From Gammaproteobacteria bacterium (GTDB lineage Bacteria > Pseudomonadota > Gammaproteobacteria > UBA4575): a stretch of 64,000 nucleotides of DNA. The translations under genes and the position numbers were made by a program. The notes under the pieces were generated by a model. The model was not told where the DNA came from and searched no databases. It saw only the letters and a program-made list of their open reading frames with translations. Position 1 is the stretch's first letter; each line of letters opens with the position of its first letter. The stretch covers positions 128,001 through 192,000 of the forward strand of contig CBDCUI010000008.1 of NCBI GenBank assembly GCA_965222615.1, read 5' to 3'. Positions 58,349 through 64,000 of this stretch are shown here, piece after piece.

Positions 58349-59413
58349 ATGATGATGAATAAAGGCGCTATTTTACTGATTAGTTTTTTATTGTTCTTCA
58401 ACAATTTGTGTTTGGCGAAAGATGTTGTACCAAAGGGTGATCGATTTTTTGCGTTGGATATCACAATGGCTAGTGATAATGATTACGACGAGGCATTAAA
58501 GCAAGCATTGAAGGCGGGAATTGATGCTACAAATCTGGCAATATTTTGGGACGACTATGAGAACGAACCAGGAAAATATAATCCTGAAGTAGATTGGCTT
58601 GAAATTGCAAATATATATTATCCTGCAAAGAATTTGAAAATTTCGCTGACAATATCAGTGATCGATACTAATCAAAAGCGATTACCTGATGATTTGCAAA
58701 ATTTAGCATTTAATGATCCTAAAGTTGTCCATCGGTTTAAGAAGTTTCTAGACCATGTATTTAATAAAATTACTAACCTAGATTTAGTATCGATATCGAT
58801 TGGTAATGAAGTAGATGGATATCTTTCACAGCAAACTGGTTATTGGTCTGAATTTGAAGATTTTTATAAGCAAACTTCTACTTATGCGCGTACAAAACGT
58901 GATGACTTACAAGTAGGCACTAAAGCCATGTTTTATGGTTTAACTGGACAACATCAAAAAGAAATAAAAGCACTGAACCGATATAGTGACGTTATTCTTG
59001 TCACTTACTATCCGTTAAATGAGGATTTTTCAGTACGAGATCCAAGCGCTGTGTTCACAGATTTCGACAAGCTAAGCAAAATATATACTGAGCGTGATAT
59101 ACATTTTCTAGAGTCTGGTTATCCTTCTGGTAAAGAATGTGGCTCCTCTGAAAAATTGCAGGCCGAATTTATAGAAAATATTTTGCTGGCTTGGGATCAG
59201 CATAGTGATCAAATTAAGTACATCTCTCTTACTTGGCTTACCGATACCGCAAAGGAAAATGTTGTCACGATGCGGCATTATTATGGCGTGCAAGATAATA
59301 AATTTGCATGTTTTCTGGGCACTTTGGGACTACGCACCTATAGTGGTTCAGGCCGGGACAAAATGTCATTTCGGAATTTAATTGATCAAATCAAACGGCG
59401 TGGATGGAAATAA
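58349..59413 (+). CDS. Exported glycoside-hydrolase-like TIM-barrel protein (clan GH-A-like)
   Basis: Signal peptide, W...E.EPG.Y, IGNEVD acid/base motif, FLESGYPS nucleophile motif. Confidence 0.65.
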   Translation: MMMNKGAILLISFLLFFNNLCLAKDVVPKGDRFFALDITMASDNDYDEALKQALKAGIDATNLAIFWDDYENEPGKYNPEVDWLEIANIYYPAKNLKISLTISVIDTNQKRLPDDLQNLAFNDPKVVHRFKKFLDHVFNKITNLDLVSISIGNEVDGYLSQQTGYWSEFEDFYKQTSTYARTKRDDLQVGTKAMFYGLTGQHQKEIKALNRYSDVILVTYYPLNEDFSVRDPSAVFTDFDKLSKIYTERDIHFLESGYPSGKECGSSEKLQAEFIENILLAWDQHSDQIKYISLTWLTDTAKENVVTMRHYYGVQDNKFACFLGTLGLRTYSGSGRDKMSFRNLIDQIKRRGWK

Positions 59414-59537
59414 TGCATAATTTTTCGTAAATTGTTTAGGCTTTTCTTGTAGGTTTTCATAGGTTTGGAGATAATACGCCAAGACCAGGTCGCTTGGTCT
59501 GGGCAATTCCAGAACAAAAAGTCGTAGGAGTATAGAT

Positions 59538-59630
59538 ATGGATGATGAGTTTGTTAAAACGATGCTGGTGGTTGCTGCCATGGCTATTCCATGCATCATT
59601 TTGATTGTTGCCATTGTTGGTAAATTTTAA
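59538..59630 (+). CDS. Small single-TM protein (30 aa), absent from ORF track
   Basis: AGGAG SD; MDDEFVKTMLVVAAMAIPCIILIVAIVGKF*; hairpin at 59650-59678. Confidence 0.6.
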   Translation: MDDEFVKTMLVVAAMAIPCIILIVAIVGKF

Positions 59631-59736
59631 TTAAGAGGAGAATTTTTGTGGGCGCTATGAAGATTTTCATAAGCGCCTATTTTGTCGTTAGTAATCAAAT
59701 ATATAAGTCCACTTATCCTTCAAAACCTTTATTACA

Positions 59737-60075
59737 TTGAATTTTTCAACCCACTTTTGTTTGGTCGGTTTAGCTAGCCTTATAGTTTGTGTTGGCAGCG
59801 CCTGTTTGAGCTTGCCAAAATCAGAGCAAGAAGTGCAAGCAAAATATAGCCATACTGAACTCAAGCCAGGTAGGCACTATCTGGCATATTACGGAGAATT
59901 GGACATGAGCTTAGATACTGCTGTGGAAAAGTGGTTGGGCAAAGCTGAAAAATTATGTAAGTCACGTGAATTTGATTATCAGATCGTAAAACAGGAAATG
60001 CAAAGTAAAGAATATTCCGACAATAAATACCCATTTATTGAGGGGGATTTATTTTGCGCTAAAACTTCTGAATAG
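59737..60075 (+). CDS. Hypothetical lipoprotein
   Basis: Hydrophobic N-terminus with GSAC, A..LC and C-terminal EG...C pattern. Confidence 0.6.
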   Translation: MNFSTHFCLVGLASLIVCVGSACLSLPKSEQEVQAKYSHTELKPGRHYLAYYGELDMSLDTAVEKWLGKAEKLCKSREFDYQIVKQEMQSKEYSDNKYPFIEGDLFCAKTSE

Positions 60076-60252
60076 TTTTTGATTCTTACACTACTTTATC
60101 TATAGTAACAGAACTGTAACATATCTTTATTACGTTAATTTTTGTAGCAGCACTGATTAGTGCTAGAAAAGTTAACGTTCATCAAATAAAATTAGTTACA
60201 CGGTTGTGTCGGTCCATGAAATTTTTTGTTTCGGCACTGAATAATAAAAGAG

Positions 60253-60615
60253 TTGGATTTTACTATGGTTTTGTGGTCATCACGTTCAAGTAAGAAGAAA
60301 AGTTCTACTAAAGTTACTAAACCAAAAGTAAGTCCCTATCACTGTGTTGAGTTAAAAATATCTTATGATGCTTGTGATGCAGCTATGCAGCAGCATGGTA
60401 AGCGTTATTTATCTGCTGAAGCGCCTATATTGCCTTTATCTGAGTGTGATCAACAAAGTTGTCGATGCCGCTTTAAACATCATGACGATAGACGGCATGA
60501 GCAACGCCGTGATCCGTTTAGTGAGACTGGAATTCATACACTTTACAGCGAGCAGCACAATCGGAGATTAGGTGGTGATCGGCGCCACAATACTGTGACA
60601 AAAATGGCACAATAA
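60253..60615 (+). CDS. Cys/His-rich hypothetical protein
   Basis: YHCV, AC.AA, R.LS.EAP.LPL..CD...CRC.F.HHDDRR; basic DRR repeats. Confidence 0.7.
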   Translation: MDFTMVLWSSRSSKKKSSTKVTKPKVSPYHCVELKISYDACDAAMQQHGKRYLSAEAPILPLSECDQQSCRCRFKHHDDRRHEQRRDPFSETGIHTLYSEQHNRRLGGDRRHNTVTKMAQ

Positions 60616-60653
60616 GCACCTAATCTAGTGTTAAGACAGTCAGTCGATATAGC

Positions 60654-61358
60654 TTAACTTTTCTCTTCTAGATCGTTTTCCGATGTAGTGTCTACTACTT
60701 CGGCATCTTCCAATTCGATCTCGTCTATATCAAAATTTGTGGGTTTGAGGTTAAATGACTGTGTAATGTCCTCAAAGGCGGACTCGAAAGCCAGTGTTAA
60801 GGCCTTATAGATTGTGTAGCCATACATATCTTGTGTTTCACGTTTATTGCGAAAGCGTTTTATCAACTCACCTTGTGCATTTGCGGTAAATACACTTTCG
60901 TAAATTCGATTGTTTTGCGAGTCAGTCAAAAAAACTTCAAGTTTGGTTTTTGCTACTGGCCGCATTTGACCACCTTCTACTTTTAGAGAATGATCGAGTT
61001 TAAATATGCGTGCATGAATATTTAATTCTGGCACTTCTTCATTTTCATTCTCACTGTCATATTGGAACCAGCGAAATATGCTGGCGTGTCCCGCGAGATT
61101 GAGCATTTCTTCTTCTGGAAAGACAATGGTTTTAAGATTGCGGGTATCGGCATTATTAGCTTCAGCTTTGCCTGTAGAGGTACTTGCTTCCGGGTAGAAG
61201 TTGGTGATGGCTAGATAAGGCTGAACATTGGGCAAGTCTTGCATGGCCGCTACAAGTTGATCGGCATCGGCATCGGCGTGGTATTGGGTCGCACAACTGC
61301 TTAACCCAATAATGAATAAAATATTTATGAATAGCGTAAAAGAGCGAATACTATGCAT
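60654..61358 (-). CDS. Hypothetical lipoprotein
   Basis: Lipobox LSSC; acidic tail. Confidence 0.7.
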   Translation of the reverse strand: MHSIRSFTLFINILFIIGLSSCATQYHADADADQLVAAMQDLPNVQPYLAITNFYPEASTSTGKAEANNADTRNLKTIVFPEEEMLNLAGHASIFRWFQYDSENENEEVPELNIHARIFKLDHSLKVEGGQMRPVAKTKLEVFLTDSQNNRIYESVFTANAQGELIKRFRNKRETQDMYGYTIYKALTLAFESAFEDITQSFNLKPTNFDIDEIELEDAEVVDTTSENDLEEKS

Positions 61359-61506
61359 GCTTGTCCCGCTAACTAAACCTCTTGAATATTAGAGTGTAGC
61401 GATTTCGAGCAGTTTCTCGAATACCAGGGCCTACCGTTAGTAAGGTAAAACTACCGGTTATCTACTATTTTGAGTTAGGTTCTAATTATGAGGAAAGTTA
61501 TCCTGG

Positions 61507-62028
61507 TTAACCCTGTTCAACTCTGGTCTTTAACTGAGTCAATCCTTGTTGAAACATCGTGCCAATAGAATATTTCATGAATAGTGCGAAATAGCCCCCA
61601 ATAATAGGCATGTTCATATCACCGCGTAGTGACCAATTTACCTTGGTTCTTTTACTTGAAGACGAATCATAAGTAATTGCACTTTTAGAGGTGTATTTAC
61701 CGCCTTGAAAAAATAAATCGTACTCAATGCCTTTATCAGGTGCCCAGGAAGTAAACATCAGTGAGCCGCCGCCGTGTTTGTCTTGCCAGCTTTGAGCGGC
61801 CCCTATCCCTTTAGTTTTTTTGCCCATAGTAATCTGAACGTCGGGATCTTCACCTGTCCAAGGTGTCCATAAGGGCCATTTAGTTAGATCGCCTACGTAT
61901 TCATGAATTTGCGCAGGCGATGAAGCAATGGTCACACTTTTGTTAATTGCATACTGTGTTGGTAAAAAATAACCGATAACTCCTAATATCAGCAGTAAGA
62001 AAAAAATGAAACCTAAAAATTTTTTCAT
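61507..62028 (-). CDS. SRPBCC/polyketide cyclase-like protein with N-terminal anchor
   Basis: SVTI.....QI..YV.DL..WP.WTPW...DP, G.GA...W, F..GL..LK..VE. Confidence 0.85.
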   Translation of the reverse strand: MKKFLGFIFFLLLILGVIGYFLPTQYAINKSVTIASSPAQIHEYVGDLTKWPLWTPWTGEDPDVQITMGKKTKGIGAAQSWQDKHGGGSLMFTSWAPDKGIEYDLFFQGGKYTSKSAITYDSSSSKRTKVNWSLRGDMNMPIIGGYFALFMKYSIGTMFQQGLTQLKTRVEQG

Positions 62029-62075
62029 ATCGTTCTAGTACAAAGTTGACGAATAAGTTGCAACTAATATTTTTT

Positions 62076-62114
62076 AAGGAAGTTCTGATTTATTTGTAAA
62101 TCAATATTTCCTTA
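62076..62114. repeat. Collapsed copy of the GAAGCTCTGATTTAT-ended element
   Basis: TAAGGAAGTTCTGATTTAT...TAAATCAATATTTCCTTA; related half-sites at about 62889-62910 and 6800-6813. Confidence 0.55.
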
Positions 62115-62531
62115 AGCTGTGTCAGCTGTTTTAGATCGAAAGATAAAGGCAACAATAATTCCGGCTAAAATAAACTCAATTAAAATACCAATTACCCAAT
62201 TGATTAACAGGCCTGTAGGGTAAGGTGCAACTGCATACCAAATTAAATAGTGACCACAAAAGATTATTGCTATTAATAAGCCATACACTATTCCTTCGGC
62301 AATACCGCCGCGTTTAAATGCTTTGGTAAACAACGCAACAAAACCAATCGAAATAATGAGCTGTCCAAGCGTGAGCCAAATCATATAATCTTTCATATCT
62401 GTTTGAGGTCGCCACAAACTAGCCGTCTGCTCATATGTGCTTTTCAGATAGAAGCCGTGAAACAAAAAATCAAATATGAAAATAAATAGAAAAACTGTTA
62501 TACAGGCGATGGAAAATTTTTTACCGTTCAT
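62112..62531 (-). CDS. Four-TM membrane protein (DUF1761-like)
   Basis: FLFHG..L...Y..TA.LWRP, EG..YGL; AGGAG SD. Confidence 0.65.
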   Translation of the reverse strand: MNGKKFSIACITVFLFIFIFDFLFHGFYLKSTYEQTASLWRPQTDMKDYMIWLTLGQLIISIGFVALFTKAFKRGGIAEGIVYGLLIAIIFCGHYLIWYAVAPYPTGLLINWVIGILIEFILAGIIVAFIFRSKTADTA

Positions 62532-62552
62532 TTTGAGTCTCCTTTTTTGTAG

Positions 62553-62879
62553 TTATGTTTCTGTTGGCGGAGAATAACTTGGGTCGTTGGGGTTTAAAAA
62601 AACAAAATTGAATTGCTTAGGCTCTAACTCTACATAATCAAGCGTTGCACCCTTAAGTAATTCCAAACTACTGTCGGCGATGACGATTTCGACTCCATTT
62701 GATTCAAAATAATGATCCTTGTCTGAACTTCCACCGATATCATCGAATCCTAAGCCATAATGAATAGAGTTGTCCGCATTACGTGTGGCAGCAATACGTA
62801 ACGGAGTATTTTCTAATTTTGACTCAATCGCAGATTTTTTAATTATATTGGCTGCGGTTTTAGTAATTTCAAAAGACAT
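62553..62879 (-). CDS. dsrR: DsrR, IscA/HesB-like protein lacking the Fe-S cysteines
   Basis: IT..AA..I, LRIAA.R..D.SI.YGLGFD, LDYVELE...F.F.FLNPND; no Cys; follows dsrN. Confidence 0.8.
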   Translation of the reverse strand: MSFEITKTAANIIKKSAIESKLENTPLRIAATRNADNSIHYGLGFDDIGGSSDKDHYFESNGVEIVIADSSLELLKGATLDYVELEPKQFNFVFLNPNDPSYSPPTET

Positions 62880-62918
62880 GCTGCGACTCTAAGAAGCTCT
62901 GATTTATTTTAAACCATC

Positions 62919-64000
62919 TTAGTCACATGTTTTTACAAAATTAATAAAGTTTGGAATCCATTGATTTTTCAGCGTATTTCGCTGATGTGCGTAGCAGGCC
63001 AAAAGGTTTTTATGAACAATACCGTCATATTCTCCATTTACACCGAAACCACGTTTAACTTGATAAGCAAATGTAGTATCGGTTGGAATATTGTTTAGCT
63101 TTGAATAATGAAATTCATGTCCTGGTATGGATTCGTTGGAACAATTCGGCCATGGATGCTGAGAATCGTTTTCTAGAAGTGTATAGCCCCTTCCAATAGG
63201 TTTTGTGTGCATTTCACAATCCGCCTGAATAATTCCGACCATCTCAGCTTGTTCAGAGTTATAAATGATCGACTTACATAAATACATCAAACCACCGCAC
63301 TCCGCATAGGCAGGCATGCCTTGTTCGATTGCATTTTGAATAGATTGTTTCATTTTTTTATTTGCAGCGAGTTGTTGCATACGTTTTTCTGGAAAACCTC
63401 CACCGATAAATAATGCATGCGCGGCTTCAGGCAGTCGGCTGTCTTGTAAGGTATCAAAAGCAAGTAATTCAGCACCATGTTGTGCAAACGTATCTAAATC
63501 ATCTGCATAATAAAAACCAAAGGCTTCATCTTTGGCATAGGCAACTTTTAAATGACTAGTTTCCGTCGGCGTGACATTCGTATTTTTTTTATTTACTTTT
63601 GTTGCGGTCGTATTTGCAATTTCTACTAGACGATCCAGATCAATTTGTTGAGAAAGTGTTTTCGCAATGCGCAGAATTTTTTCTTGGGCAAGTTTGTCTT
63701 CGTTGCTCGGCATTAAGCCTAAGTAACGTTCAACTAGCTCTAGTTCTGCGCTGCGCTGCACAGTTCCAAGTATTGGAATATCTGTATAGTGTTCTAAAGC
63801 GGCAGTTAATTTTGCTGCATGACGGTTTCCACCGACAAAATTTAAAATGATTCCTGCAATATTTATTTCTGGATCAAATTGTTGATAGCCTAAAACTAAA
63901 GGGGCAACTCCGCGAATTGTGCCACGTGTATCAAGCACCAGCACTACGGGCGCATCGATTAATTTTGCAAGGGCTGCATTGCTATTACTACCATCCGTGG
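62919..64000 (-). CDS. dsrN: Siroheme amidase DsrN (CbiA/CobB family), 5' end outside the window
   Basis: GIILN.V...RH, ERYLGL, D.AF.FYY.DD, GGGFPE, AECGGLMYL, GHEFHYS; frame stays open to the window edge; adjacent to dsrR. Confidence 0.82.
   Translation of the reverse strand, partial: TDGSNSNAALAKLIDAPVVLVLDTRGTIRGVAPLVLGYQQFDPEINIAGIILNFVGGNRHAAKLTAALEHYTDIPILGTVQRSAELELVERYLGLMPSNEDKLAQEKILRIAKTLSQQIDLDRLVEIANTTATKVNKKNTNVTPTETSHLKVAYAKDEAFGFYYADDLDTFAQHGAELLAFDTLQDSRLPEAAHALFIGGGFPEKRMQQLAANKKMKQSIQNAIEQGMPAYAECGGLMYLCKSIIYNSEQAEMVGIIQADCEMHTKPIGRGYTLLENDSQHPWPNCSNESIPGHEFHYSKLNNIPTDTTFAYQVKRGFGVNGEYDGIVHKNLLACYAHQRNTLKNQWIPNFINFVKTCD

Noticed and set aside
62919-64000. Cobalamin biosynthesis cbiA/cobB
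   Set aside because: The neighbour is a DsrR-like gene and no cob/cbi genes are visible, so dsrN fits better; upstream context is outside the window.

Overview
Chromosomal window from an AT-rich bacterium, most likely a sulfur-oxidising gammaproteobacterium, inferred from the dsrN-dsrR tail of a reverse-Dsr operon at the right edge. Housekeeping loci are gltBD, ttcA, lemA-TPM-TPM, tdh-kbl, nrdAB (two NrdR boxes and a DnaA box upstream), mtgA and a NarX/NarL-type pair. They alternate with accessory DNA. (i) A 31.6-38.6 kb repeat-rich island holds a three-unit ~178-bp palindromic tandem array split by an intact IS481-family element (5-bp GCAAT target duplication inside the palindrome), an AAA+/DUF4143 gene preceded by 23-bp iteron-like repeats, and a ParDE module. 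(ii) An Rhs toxin with a signal-peptide-like N-terminus and an ADP-ribosyltransferase-like tip sits with its immunity gene and a convergent DUF4291 gene. The most unusual single observation is a 383-aa LAGLIDADG-bearing intein in NrdA whose +1 residue is Gly (Q|C...HN|G), so canonical protein splicing is not possible. Also present: two paralogous coiled-coil proteins ending in HhH-like modules, a cytochrome P460-family pseudogene, MITE-like palindromes between gltB/gltD and nrdA/nrdB, and several small membrane ORFs missed by the ORF track, one behind a sigma-54 promoter motif. No rRNA, tRNA or CRISPR array was seen. All family calls come from motif recognition by eye, not database searches.
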